DNA of 64,000 nucleotides, taken from NCBI GenBank assembly GCA_028867755.1, contig JAGWFT010000002.1, positions 32,001 to 96,000 of the forward strand. The letters are read 5' to 3'. The stretch is from Nitrososphaerota archaeon. GTDB lineage: Archaea; Thermoproteota; Nitrososphaeria; Nitrososphaerales; Nitrosopumilaceae. Positions 1 through 9,773 of this stretch are shown piece by piece (position 1 is the first letter of the stretch; the number at the start of each line of letters is the position of its first letter). The notes beneath the pieces are model-generated. The model was not told where the DNA came from. It made no database searches and saw nothing but the letters and a program-made list of their open reading frames with translations. The position numbers and the translations under genes were made by a program.

Positions 1-2
1 GA

Positions 3-1403
3 ATGCCATGGTCAAGAAGAGATGACGGAAGGATTGGTCAGAGAAACTTTGGTGGATATAGTTTTCCAAGGGCAACATATGCTCAGGATAAGGTAGGATT
101 CTACGAAATGCAAACTCTGTATGACACATGTCAAAAATTCGATAACATCGAATTCTATAACGAATGGTTTGTCACATCGATAGTCCATGATGGTCAAAGA
201 TTCTGTGGTATCACTGCAATAGAAATGTCAAGTGGTACTTTTTACACATTCAAGGCAAAGGCACTGATTATTGCTACAGGCGGAGCAGGAAGGGTATACA
301 GTTTTTCAACTTATGCATTAGCTTCGACTCCAGACGGTTTGGATATGGCATACCGAGCTGGGATGGCTCTAAAGGACATGGAGTTTGTCCAATTCCACCC
401 TACTGGTATACTACCTTCGGGAATTTTGATTACTGAAGGTGCCAGAGGCGAGGGCGGATATCTTCTTAATAACAAAGGAGAACGTTTTATGAAAAAATAT
501 GCCCCAAGCAAACTAGAGCTAGCATCAAGAGACGTTGTATCACGTGCTATGATTACTGAAATAAACGAAGGACGTGGATTCAAGCATGATACAGGTGTAG
601 ATTGCTTGAAATTAGATTTGAGGCACTTGGGAAAAGAGTTGATTATAAGAAAACTTCCTGCAATACGTGAGATATCATTAAAATTCTCAGGAATTGATCC
701 ATCTAATGAACCAGTTGATGTCAGACCTGTATGCCATTACATGATGGGAGGCATTCATAGTAACATAGACGGGGCAACTGAAATTCAAGGAATATGGACA
801 GCTGGAGAAGCTGCATGCAATAGCGTTCATGGAGCAAACAGATTAGGCGCAAACTCTACCGCAGAGTGTCTTGTATGGGGTAAGATCACAGGTGAGCTTG
901 CGGCAAAATATATTTTAGAAGATAAATCTTCTCCACCATTCCCATTACATTTGGTTGCAACTGAGGAAAAAAGAATCTATGATGGCATATTCAGAGGTAC
1001 AGGCAGCGTAAATCCATATGAAGTTAGACAGGAATTAACCGAGGTAATGAATAACAAAGCTTACGTTTTTAGAAATGAAAATGATCTTGTAGAAGGCCTC
1101 AAGTTGGTAAGGGGATTAAGACAAAAAACATGGAAACATGTAGACGACAAAGCTAAAGAATACAATACCAATTTCACAAATGTGATGGAACTTGATTCCA
1201 TGTTTCGCATCGCTGAAGTAATTCTAATGGGTGCAATTTGGAGAAAAGAATCTCGAGGAGCTCATGCAAGAACAGATTATCCAGACAGGGATGACAAGAA
1301 CTTTTTGGCTCACACTCTAGTTTATTATGATACAAAAGAGCCTGTCATCAAGACTCACCCTGTCACTATTACTAAATACAAGCCAGTGGAGAGAAAATAC
1401 TGA
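3..1403 (+). CDS. sdhA: Succinate dehydrogenase flavoprotein subunit (5'-truncated by window edge)
   Basis: Motifs FVQFHPTG, ITEGARGEGG, HYMMGGI, HGANRLGANS, RKESRGAH; first gene of sdh operon. Confidence 0.97.
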   Translation: MPWSRRDDGRIGQRNFGGYSFPRATYAQDKVGFYEMQTLYDTCQKFDNIEFYNEWFVTSIVHDGQRFCGITAIEMSSGTFYTFKAKALIIATGGAGRVYSFSTYALASTPDGLDMAYRAGMALKDMEFVQFHPTGILPSGILITEGARGEGGYLLNNKGERFMKKYAPSKLELASRDVVSRAMITEINEGRGFKHDTGVDCLKLDLRHLGKELIIRKLPAIREISLKFSGIDPSNEPVDVRPVCHYMMGGIHSNIDGATEIQGIWTAGEAACNSVHGANRLGANSTAECLVWGKITGELAAKYILEDKSSPPFPLHLVATEEKRIYDGIFRGTGSVNPYEVRQELTEVMNNKAYVFRNENDLVEGLKLVRGLRQKTWKHVDDKAKEYNTNFTNVMELDSMFRIAEVILMGAIWRKESRGAHARTDYPDRDDKNFLAHTLVYYDTKEPVIKTHPVTITKYKPVERKY

Positions 1404-1837
1404 TGGCTGAACAATTCTCTAACCGCGAAGGCATCAAGGGAATGATAAACCCAACTCGTTATGGATTAGAGCGAGTTGCATATTGGATGCAAAGACTAAG
1501 CGGACTTGGCCTTCTCGCATATTTGATTGGGCATATTTATGAAACAAGCACTATTCTCAACGGAAAGGCTGCATGGAACAACATGTTATCATTGACACAA
1601 ACTCCGGGAGGTCACCTCGTACTTGTAATCGTAATAGGAATGTGTGTTTTTCATACGGGAAATGGAATACGACTAATGATAAGTGAAGGAGGAAAGGGAA
1701 TAGGAAGACCTGGTCAGCCTGAATATCCATATCGCGCTTCTTCGTTGAACTATAAGCAAAGACTTTGCATTTGGGTGTCAATAGCACTTGCAGCATTAGC
1801 AATGATGTATGGTGCTGGCGTATTGCTTGGTGATTAA
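1403..1837 (+). CDS. sdhC: Succinate dehydrogenase membrane anchor, cytochrome b subunit
   Basis: QRLSG and FHTGNGIR heme-His motifs, three TM segments, overlaps sdhA stop. Confidence 0.9.
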   Translation: MAEQFSNREGIKGMINPTRYGLERVAYWMQRLSGLGLLAYLIGHIYETSTILNGKAAWNNMLSLTQTPGGHLVLVIVIGMCVFHTGNGIRLMISEGGKGIGRPGQPEYPYRASSLNYKQRLCIWVSIALAALAMMYGAGVLLGD

Positions 1838-1838
1838 G

Positions 1839-2183
1839 ATGAGAGAAAGCATAATCATGAAGATACATTATGGAACTGCGCTTGGAGCAGTGGCACTTGT
1901 AGCTATACATATTCTCATGAGGATGTCGCAGAAATATTCTGATTCGTTACAATATCAAAATGTAATCGCAAACTATCACCTTCTACCATATGCACTCATG
2001 CTTGAAGTGATACTGGTCTTGTTATCAGTTCATGGATTTAATGGACTACGTGTTATTCTATTGGAGCTAAAGCAAGGTGTTGCATATGAAAGAGCAATTA
2101 ACTATGGCTCGATTGCAGCAATGGCTGCTCTAGTAGCATATGGTTCAAGAACTATATTGATGGCTGGAATGGGAGTTTCATAA
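1839..2183 (+). CDS. sdhD: Succinate dehydrogenase hydrophobic anchor subunit
   Basis: VHGFNGLRVIL motif; ATG at 1839 just after sdhC stop preferred over the 1809 ORF start. Confidence 0.88.
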   Translation: MRESIIMKIHYGTALGAVALVAIHILMRMSQKYSDSLQYQNVIANYHLLPYALMLEVILVLLSVHGFNGLRVILLELKQGVAYERAINYGSIAAMAALVAYGSRTILMAGMGVS

Positions 2184-2185
2184 CA

Positions 2186-2971
2186 ATGGCAACAGTAGAG
2201 GTTTCAACAGAAAAAAAAGCAGAACCACCTCAGACATCTGTGCCTGCACCTTCCAAACCAAAAACAATAACACTTAGAATATCTAGGTTTAACCCGTCAG
2301 AGAACGCAGAAACAAAATTTGAGGAATTCAAGATTCCAGTACAAAAATGGACTACTGTACTAGAAGCAATTCTGTATGTGAAAGAGAATCTTGATCATTC
2401 TGTTGCTGTTAGATATTCATGCAGACAAGCATCATGTGGCTCATGTGGAATGAAAATTAATGGCAAACCTAGACTTGCTTGCTATACAAAAATTTCTGAG
2501 CTTGAGTCAAACGTTGTCACAGTAGAACCAATGAATAATTTTCCTATAATTCGAGATTTAGCAGTTGACTTTAAGCAACTCTTCTCAACTCACAAGAAAA
2601 TGAAGCCATTTATCATAAATGAAGAGTCTGAAGTGCAGCCTGGAGCTAAGGAATTTATTCAGACCCCACAAGATCTTGAAAAATTCCTACAATTTTCATA
2701 TTGTATTAAATGTGGCCTGTGTAACTCTGCCTGCCCAACCATGGCAACAGACAAGTCGTTTGTCGGACCTCAAGGCCTTGCACAAGCCTACAGATACACT
2801 GCCGATAACAGGGATCAAGGAAAGAAGGATAGGCTCAAAATCGTAGATCAATCTCATGGTATATGGAGATGTCACTTTGCCGGTTCTTGCAGTAATGTGT
2901 GTCCAAAGGGAGTAGATCCTGCAATGGCAATACAATTACTTAGGGGATATCTGCTAGGATTTAGAAAATAA
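2186..2971 (+). CDS. sdhB: Succinate dehydrogenase iron-sulfur subunit
   Basis: SCRQASCGSC [2Fe-2S], CIKCGLCNSACP and CHFAGSCSNVCP motifs. Confidence 0.97.
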   Translation: MATVEVSTEKKAEPPQTSVPAPSKPKTITLRISRFNPSENAETKFEEFKIPVQKWTTVLEAILYVKENLDHSVAVRYSCRQASCGSCGMKINGKPRLACYTKISELESNVVTVEPMNNFPIIRDLAVDFKQLFSTHKKMKPFIINEESEVQPGAKEFIQTPQDLEKFLQFSYCIKCGLCNSACPTMATDKSFVGPQGLAQAYRYTADNRDQGKKDRLKIVDQSHGIWRCHFAGSCSNVCPKGVDPAMAIQLLRGYLLGFRK

Positions 2972-2977
2972 GTCTCT

Positions 2978-3298
2978 CTAAGGCTTTTTAGGATTTTTGC
3001 TTGAATTTACCTGATTATTGATAGCTTCTGCCATGAAATGATTTGAGACATTCAGCTTCACATCGTCTACTCCATCTATCTTCAACAAGCCATCATGAAC
3101 ATCTTGAGCAATCTTAAATCCAAATATTGCAGGACAGAAAGGACTAGTCAGATGCAAATCTACTTTGACATCTGAACCGTTAATGTCAATATTATCTATC
3201 AATTCAAGCTCCATTATTGAGACATTGATTTCCGGATCAACTATTTTTGTCAGCTCATCGAAGATTTGTCTTCTTAAATCAGTGGATGCCTGTGCCAT
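2978..3298 (-). CDS. DUF59/MIP18-family Fe-S cluster assembly protein
   Basis: DPEINVSIMELELI and LTSPFCP motifs. Confidence 0.85.
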   Translation of the reverse strand: MAQASTDLRRQIFDELTKIVDPEINVSIMELELIDNIDINGSDVKVDLHLTSPFCPAIFGFKIAQDVHDGLLKIDGVDDVKLNVSNHFMAEAINNQVNSSKNPKKP

Positions 3299-3348
3299 AA
3301 ATCAAAAAAGCGTCTATGCTATATATAACCATTTTATTTCCTAAGTTG

Positions 3349-4818
3349 ATGTACAGGTCTAGATTAGACGGAAAATTAGACGACGTTACATTAGAATTTC
3401 TTTCATCCATTTCTGACGACTTTGAAATTGTTTTGTATGATATTCTAGGAAGTCAAGCCCACACACTGATGCTTTTAGAAAATAAAATCATCAGCAGGAA
3501 TGAAGCAATCAAGATTTTAAGTGCACTTGAAAAATTAAAAAAAGAAAACATTTCAAAAAAATCTGAAGCCGAAGATATTCACGAGCTCATAGAATCCATG
3601 GTCATAAAGAAAGCAGGAAAGGAAGCTGGAGGAAAGATGCATACGGCAAGATCAAGAAATGATCAGGTTGCACTTGACATTAGGATGAAAATTCGTGATG
3701 ATATCAATATGGTTTGCTTTTGTCTGAATCAGACAATAGTGACTCTCATTGATTTGGCAGAGAAAAACCAACGTGTTATAATGCCATTGTATACTCACAC
3801 ACAGCAAGCGCAAGTAGGGCTATTTTCCCACTTTCTTCTTGCATACGCAGACGCTCTTTTCAGGGATCTTGACAGGTTCTATATGGCATATGGGCGAGTC
3901 AACGAGTCGCCACTAGGAGCAGGCCCTGTAGGAGGAACAAGCATTCCTATTGATAGACAGTTCACAGCTAAGATGCTTGGTTTTAAAGGTCTGGTGGAAA
4001 ACTCTATTGATGCAACAACCTCTCGCGACTTTGTTGCTGAATACCTTGGAAACGCAGCAATACTTATGACAAATTTGAGCCGAATAGCAGAGGACTTTAT
4101 TATCTGGTCTACCTTGGAATTTTCTTTCATTGAACTCTCTGATAGATTTACTTCCACTTCTAGCGTGATGCCACAAAAGAAAAACCCCGATGTATTGGAA
4201 TTAATTCGTGGCAAGACATCTCAGGTCATTGGATATCAGATGTCAGTATTGTCAAACCTCAAAGGATTACCATCTGGATACAATAGGGATTTGCAACAAA
4301 TCAAGGTCTCAATATGGCCCACATCCAAAATAATAATCTCGTCACTCTTGGTTGCAAACTCACTCCTTAAGACAATGAAAGTAAATGAAAAGAAACTACG
4401 TCAAGCAATAGATGGTGGATATTCAATATCACTTGACATAGCAGAAGCCCTAGTACGAAAAGGAATTCCTTTCAGAGATGCTCACAAAATTGTTGGTCAT
4501 CTAGTACAACTTGGTGTAAATTCAAAAAAACCCCTTTCATCTCTTTCATCTAATGAGATAAAGACTGTGATCTCAAGCAATGAAATAGACTCAAAGGAAT
4601 TGCATAAAATAATCCAGTCAACTACACCTGAATCTTCACTTGAAACTAGGACATCTCAAGGATCTGCAGGTAAACATGAACAACAACGTATGATTGCTGA
4701 CAGGAAACGCAAAGTTCAAGCTTACATGACAGGAACCAACAAAAGAACTAACGAGATAAGGCAATCTCTTGAAGCGTTGAATAGCAAGGTAATGTCATTA
4801 ATAAAAAACAAAGTTTAG
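3349..4818 (+). CDS. argH: Argininosuccinate lyase
   Basis: HTARSRNDQ and SSVMPQKKNPD signature; ATG 3349 (MYRSRL) preferred over 3316. Confidence 0.96.
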   Translation: MYRSRLDGKLDDVTLEFLSSISDDFEIVLYDILGSQAHTLMLLENKIISRNEAIKILSALEKLKKENISKKSEAEDIHELIESMVIKKAGKEAGGKMHTARSRNDQVALDIRMKIRDDINMVCFCLNQTIVTLIDLAEKNQRVIMPLYTHTQQAQVGLFSHFLLAYADALFRDLDRFYMAYGRVNESPLGAGPVGGTSIPIDRQFTAKMLGFKGLVENSIDATTSRDFVAEYLGNAAILMTNLSRIAEDFIIWSTLEFSFIELSDRFTSTSSVMPQKKNPDVLELIRGKTSQVIGYQMSVLSNLKGLPSGYNRDLQQIKVSIWPTSKIIISSLLVANSLLKTMKVNEKKLRQAIDGGYSISLDIAEALVRKGIPFRDAHKIVGHLVQLGVNSKKPLSSLSSNEIKTVISSNEIDSKELHKIIQSTTPESSLETRTSQGSAGKHEQQRMIADRKRKVQAYMTGTNKRTNEIRQSLEALNSKVMSLIKNKV

Positions 4819-5262
4819 TGATAGTAAAATATCTCTTTTAGATTTAGTTTATTGAATGATATTTAGTTGGTTTCAAGATCTAAAGTTCGAATCTGCTTTT
4901 TACAGTTTTTGATTTCATAATTTGAGCTTGCATTAGTCCAGACATTCTATTTCGTAGCATCGTACTCATAGATTGAGTATCAATTTGATGTTCCATTTAC
5001 TTATATGAATAACATTCAGAAATATAAGATTGGTCTGCCATTTTTGGAAATGACACCATCTTTTGATGCTCTGGGGGCTTAGTTAACTGGGGAACAACTA
5101 ATAATGATACAGAACCAAAAAAATTGATAAAGCTAAGTTTTACTGAAATTTTTTGCAAATTATGATGCCTAAAGGAGCAATTTTAATGGAGTAATCTTGA
5201 CTTTTTCATTGATTTTACTTCACATTGCTATAGATAAAAAATCCCTGCAATGAGATGCAAGT

Positions 5263-5475
5263 ATGTACCAATTCGTACAACCACAATCGGACAACAAACC
5301 TAACTACACTGCGGGTCAAACGTGGGGAGCTTTGAAGAAGGCATGGCGAGGATACAAGATTGCCAAAGTGCAAAGTGATCACGCCAGAATGTCAGAATAT
5401 GCTACAAAAATCAGAACCCTTCAGAATGACTTGGGAATAAAACAAGCAGAATTTCCAGAACTACACCTGCATTAG
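5263..5475 (+). CDS. Small hypothetical protein (70 aa)
   Basis: Clean ORF in otherwise empty intergenic space, helical charged composition, T-rich tract downstream. Confidence 0.7.
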   Translation: MYQFVQPQSDNKPNYTAGQTWGALKKAWRGYKIAKVQSDHARMSEYATKIRTLQNDLGIKQAEFPELHLH

Positions 5476-5573
5476 TTAGAACTCCCTTCTTTTTAGAGAC
5501 AATCTGCCAGTAGTAACTATTAGAAAAAATTCACAATTTTAGGATAATGCCAAGTATTAATCAAGTGAAGATA

Positions 5574-5650
5574 TGGCGGGTTCGCGGGGATTCGGACCCC
5601 GGACAGCCGGATTAAAAGTCCGGTACTCTACCTGGCTGAGCTACGAACCC
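5574..5650 (-). tRNA. tRNA-Lys(TTT), CCA encoded
   Basis: Acceptor GGGTTCG/CGAACCC, anticodon arm CCGGA-CTTTTAA-TCCGG; T-loop reads TCCGAAT. Confidence 0.93.
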
Positions 5651-5748
5651 ATAGCGGAGGGTCATCGTTGTGTATAATTTAGTCCTTTACAAAATTTTTA
5701 GATGAAAAGAAAGCTTTAAACTCAGATTTTTGTTCACAATACTTCAAC

Positions 5749-5857
5749 GCCCTTGTAGTATAGAGAGGATATGGGGTAAAATCCAGTCCTTGTATAGCCC
5801 GGTCTAGAATGGGGCCCTGTCACGGCCTCGACGCGAGTTCAAATCCCGCCAAGGGCG
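5749..5857 (+). tRNA. tRNA-Asp(GTC) with 34-nt intron at 15/16 (5764-5797)
   Basis: Acceptor GCCCTTG/CAAGGGC, anticodon loop CTGTCAC; removing 5764-5797 restores the D-arm; relaxed BHB at the junctions. Confidence 0.88.
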
Positions 5858-5902
5858 CTTACACTTTTTATATTCAAAACTAGGTGTTAGATGTTTTATT
5901 AT

Positions 5903-6709
5903 TCAGTTTGGTAAATTCAATTTCTTGAGAGTTTCATTGAGGATTTCCTGACTGGCTGCTGCGATAAAAGAAATTCTTTGGTCGTAGCCAAGAGCTGAAT
6001 CAAGATGATTTGCATTCTTATCTACTATGATTCCGCCTGCTTCTAATGCAATAAGATATCCGGCAGCAACATCTGTGATTCTTAGCTTTTCTCTAAGGTC
6101 TACAAATAGGTCTACCATACCACGAGCAAATATTGCAAGCTCTAGTGCAACAGCACCAAAATGTCTGATGTGGTTAGATGCTGAAATGATAGGGGATAAT
6201 TTCTGCAGGGAATCAGGAGATATTCCAGACAAATCCACTCCTACTACAAAGTAAAGTGGCTTCTCTTTGTGAACCATGATCTTTTTTCTATTCATAAAAG
6301 CTCCATGACCTTTTGATGCAGAATACATATCACCAGTATACAAATCAATGATGACTGCATCAGTAACGGAACTAAGTTTATCTTTTGTAGCAAATGCAAG
6401 AGAACAACAAGAAAAGGGAATACCTCTTACTGCATTTGTGGAACCATCAACCGCATCCATTATTATAAAACCCTCTGGATTTTTTGAAAGCTCAACCTTG
6501 CCGCATTCTTCTCCAAGAACTATGCAGGGAAAACTAATTTCCCTTAGATAGTCCAAAACTGTTTTTTCTGCTACTATGTCTATTCGTCGTGATATATCTC
6601 CGCCTGCACCTCTGCCAAAATCTCCTGCAGATTCTTCTGTTCCTGGAAGATGTTTAACATTATCATAAACTCTCTTTGCAGCTTCCTCTAAAACCTCAAT
6701 TTTTTTCAA
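5903..6709 (-). CDS. Inositol monophosphatase / fructose-1,6-bisphosphatase family
   Basis: LGEE, DAVDGSTN, DVAAG motifs; TTG start. Confidence 0.9.
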   Translation of the reverse strand: MKKIEVLEEAAKRVYDNVKHLPGTEESAGDFGRGAGGDISRRIDIVAEKTVLDYLREISFPCIVLGEECGKVELSKNPEGFIIMDAVDGSTNAVRGIPFSCCSLAFATKDKLSSVTDAVIIDLYTGDMYSASKGHGAFMNRKKIMVHKEKPLYFVVGVDLSGISPDSLQKLSPIISASNHIRHFGAVALELAIFARGMVDLFVDLREKLRITDVAAGYLIALEAGGIIVDKNANHLDSALGYDQRISFIAAASQEILNETLKKLNLPN

Positions 6710-6784
6710 GGATTTTTTTATTCACAATCCTAATTTATTTCAAGTAATCAAGAAAATAGCTCAATGCATAAATAGCAAAAGAAG

Positions 6785-7915
6785 TTGTGCCAATATGTGA
6801 GTAGCAAAGACGAGTCAATTTTTAGCAAAGAAGCCTTGATGTCAACAAAACCGGGAAAGGATATAGTAAAACAAGCTTTGTTCAAAAGTAAGGGTTACAA
6901 ACAGTTTGACAAATACAAAAAGGAAGCAGAAGATGAACTTCCGAAATTTACAAAGAGATTTGCTGAAGATCTATTAAGGCAAATAAAATCTGATGATAAC
7001 CCCAATGAAACTCAAGAAAAATTTGCTGCTGAAGTGGGTTCAAGCGAGATAACTCTAGAGAAATCTCAAATAGATTCGGTCAAAAAGAGGCTAGAAAACT
7101 ACGATACCTTGTTTGATAGGGTGACCAGAATTCTTAATTCTAACTTTGTTAAAATGACATTTCCAGTTTTTAGCGCTCTTTATGATGCTTCATCGCAATA
7201 CTTTGGAGATCCAAATGATGTCAAAAAGAAAACTGACATCATAGACGGGCACATTATTGCAATAGATCTAAGTGAGCCAATGGATAGGATAATGGACAAA
7301 GATGAGGATGTGGAGTACCTTGATGACTACAAACTAATGAATCCATACATTCTACAACTTGCCAGAGCTAAGATTGCAAGTGGAGGGCAACATGTGTTGG
7401 AAGAATTTGAGCGAGGTTTCAAGGATGCAAGAATAGGTCAATATGTTGATTTTAAACTGAAAATGAAACCAAAGAACATAACAGAAGAATCTATGATTGA
7501 ATGTTATAAAAAATACAGAGCTGTCATGGGCACGGCAGGAAAGAACATGGCACTTGCCCGTCTTCCACTAGGTGAAATTTTCTACCTGGGAATGGCAAAA
7601 GCAGCAGAGTCAGTAGGATGTGGCAATGAGATAGAAGACTCGATCAAGAACAAGTTTGTTAAAGTTCCTTCTTGGCCACTTTATTATACAATTCTTAGAA
7701 ATGATGTACAAAAGGGATTTGAATTTACTATGAAAAAAAGCGAATTATATCTAAGTGAAGCAAGGCTTGCCTTGGAACTTTTGCCTGAAAACTTTTCACA
7801 TAGAGACTTTCTTGAATTCTTATTTCTTACTGTTGAACATTATAACTCATTCTGGTTTAACCAACTCCAAAAACAAAAACTTTGGTCAGAATTTGATTCA
7901 AAGCTTCACAAGTGA
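6785..7915 (+). CDS. Hypothetical protein (376 aa), probably co-transcribed with rfcL
   Basis: Long ORF with no recognised motif; GTG at 6797 is a possible start. Confidence 0.8.
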   Translation: MCQYVSSKDESIFSKEALMSTKPGKDIVKQALFKSKGYKQFDKYKKEAEDELPKFTKRFAEDLLRQIKSDDNPNETQEKFAAEVGSSEITLEKSQIDSVKKRLENYDTLFDRVTRILNSNFVKMTFPVFSALYDASSQYFGDPNDVKKKTDIIDGHIIAIDLSEPMDRIMDKDEDVEYLDDYKLMNPYILQLARAKIASGGQHVLEEFERGFKDARIGQYVDFKLKMKPKNITEESMIECYKKYRAVMGTAGKNMALARLPLGEIFYLGMAKAAESVGCGNEIEDSIKNKFVKVPSWPLYYTILRNDVQKGFEFTMKKSELYLSEARLALELLPENFSHRDFLEFLFLTVEHYNSFWFNQLQKQKLWSEFDSKLHK

Positions 7916-7921
7916 TAGAAA

Positions 7922-9082
7922 ATGATGTGGTCTGAAAAATATAGGCCAAAAAATCTTCTTGAAATGATTGGCAATGAAGAAGCAAAGGAATCGTTTGTCA
8001 AGTGGATTGCCAAGTGGGTCAAGGGAACAAAACCGCTACTTTTGGTTGGGCCTCCAGGAATTGGAAAGACTACAATGGCTATGCTCTGTGCAAGACAATT
8101 TGGATATGATCTGATAAGTCTCAACGCAAGCGATGTCAGAAACAAACAGCGTATACAAGATATACTTAATCCGGTTCTGGGAAACCTCAGTGTACTTGGT
8201 AAAGCCATGATCTTTGTGGATGAAGTAGATGGAATCCACGGAAGATCTGATTTTGGTGGAGTGGGGGCACTTGTAGATATTCTAAAGGAACCAACAGTTC
8301 CAATAATCTTGGCTGCAAATTCTGATAATTCTGATAAAATGAAGGACATTAAGAAAGCTACAACAACGATAAGAATGAGACCCATACCGCCCAGGCTTTT
8401 ACGATTTTATCTGGAAGAGATTTTACGACGAGAGGGTGCCTCACTTAAGATTGGGACCATGATAAAATTAGTTCTTGATTCTAGAGGAGACATTAGATCA
8501 ATTCTAAATTCTTCTCAGGCCCTTGTATCTGGATTTGAACCACAAACTGACAAGTCTTTTGAAACAACAGACATAGAGTCTGCAATCAATGCATTTTTCA
8601 AGGCAAAATCACCAGAAGAAGCACTGTTAATACTTTATTCTTTAAGGATTGATCCACAAGAAAAGATAAACGCATTTTATTCAAGTGTGATAACAAGTTC
8701 ACTTTCAAAAGAAGAAATGAAAATGATGTTGGATGTGATATCAGAAGCTGATATGCTTTATGGAAAGATAATGAGAGAACAACAATGGAGGCTTTTACGA
8801 TATCTAGATTCGATTCTTGTTAGACTTTATAAAATAGGAACTACGGTCAGATATTCGCAATATAACCTCTCTTGGCCATTGATAACTCGATTGAGATGGG
8901 ATGGCAAAGCAATAAAGGAATTGGAAGCAAACCTGGCAAAACGAATGCATGTCTCTCGAAGTACGTTTGCAACTTTTTATCTTCCCTACATGTTGGCATG
9001 TATCAAAAACAAGACCTTGGTAATGGATCTCAATGAGAATGAAAATGCGATCATCCAAAAGGAGATGGCTATTACAAAATGA
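7922..9082 (+). CDS. rfcL: Replication factor C large subunit
   Basis: WSEKYRP, Walker A GPPGIGKT, LNASD, DEVDG, GDIR. Confidence 0.95.
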   Translation: MMWSEKYRPKNLLEMIGNEEAKESFVKWIAKWVKGTKPLLLVGPPGIGKTTMAMLCARQFGYDLISLNASDVRNKQRIQDILNPVLGNLSVLGKAMIFVDEVDGIHGRSDFGGVGALVDILKEPTVPIILAANSDNSDKMKDIKKATTTIRMRPIPPRLLRFYLEEILRREGASLKIGTMIKLVLDSRGDIRSILNSSQALVSGFEPQTDKSFETTDIESAINAFFKAKSPEEALLILYSLRIDPQEKINAFYSSVITSSLSKEEMKMMLDVISEADMLYGKIMREQQWRLLRYLDSILVRLYKIGTTVRYSQYNLSWPLITRLRWDGKAIKELEANLAKRMHVSRSTFATFYLPYMLACIKNKTLVMDLNENENAIIQKEMAITK

Positions 9083-9396
9083 GCTGGCGTGCAATACCGA
9101 TGAAATTTCCTGGAACTTGCATAGTTTGCAAGAAAAAGATCGAAATAAGTGAAGTTGCCTTATGGGCAAAAGGACTAGGAGTCAAACATCAAGCATGTTC
9201 TGAAGTTGTGGATCTAAAATGTGTTATCTGCGGAGGACCAGCAGGATGCCAACAATGTGAATTTACAGATGACTGTGACAGAAACAAAGTTTCACAGATG
9301 TGTATATGCAAAAAATGCCAGGAGGGAAAAGAATCCTTTATTTTGTATCAAAAGGCCATTTCAAAGCATTTCCCAATTCTGAATCTGAAAGATTGA
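9079..9396 (+). CDS. Cys-rich putative multi-zinc-finger protein
   Basis: CxxC...HxxC then several CxxC pairs; overlaps rfcL stop. Confidence 0.75.
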   Translation: MSWRAIPMKFPGTCIVCKKKIEISEVALWAKGLGVKHQACSEVVDLKCVICGGPAGCQQCEFTDDCDRNKVSQMCICKKCQEGKESFILYQKAISKHFPILNLKD

Positions 9397-9464
9397 ATTT
9401 ATCGATTAGTTTCTTGGCAAATAAGAGTAGAAAGTTAAAATTTACCCTCAATAGAGTGTGATCA

Positions 9465-9737
9465 ATGCCAGAAGGGACCACGAAGATTACTCCGATCGAT
9501 CCGATATTCCATGGAGAGTCCAACTATGAAGTAGGACTTGAAACCTTACTTGCCGAGACAAGAGATAAGGTCAGAAAATTACAATCCGATCCGAATACAA
9601 GCAAAGAGACTATACAAGACCTAACTGAACAATTGCAGGTCCTGGAAACCTTGTGGGAGAATTATCACATAGGAATGAACGTTTTCAGAAATGCAAAGGG
9701 TGGTCGTGACGGAATCCGAGAAGTCAAACCTGAGTAA
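9465..9737 (+). CDS. Hypothetical protein (90 aa)
   Basis: Clean ORF upstream of carboxylase genes, coiled-coil-like middle. Confidence 0.7.
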   Translation: MPEGTTKITPIDPIFHGESNYEVGLETLLAETRDKVRKLQSDPNTSKETIQDLTEQLQVLETLWENYHIGMNVFRNAKGGRDGIREVKPE

Positions 9738-9773
9738 ATTAATATAGGTTGAGAGTCGCTTCTAATTCGAAAC

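Noticed and set aside
5101-5150. Possible C/D sRNA in the argH downstream gap (ATGATAC...TTGA...CTGA)
   Set aside because: Degenerate C box, no C' box, low-complexity guides and no terminal stem
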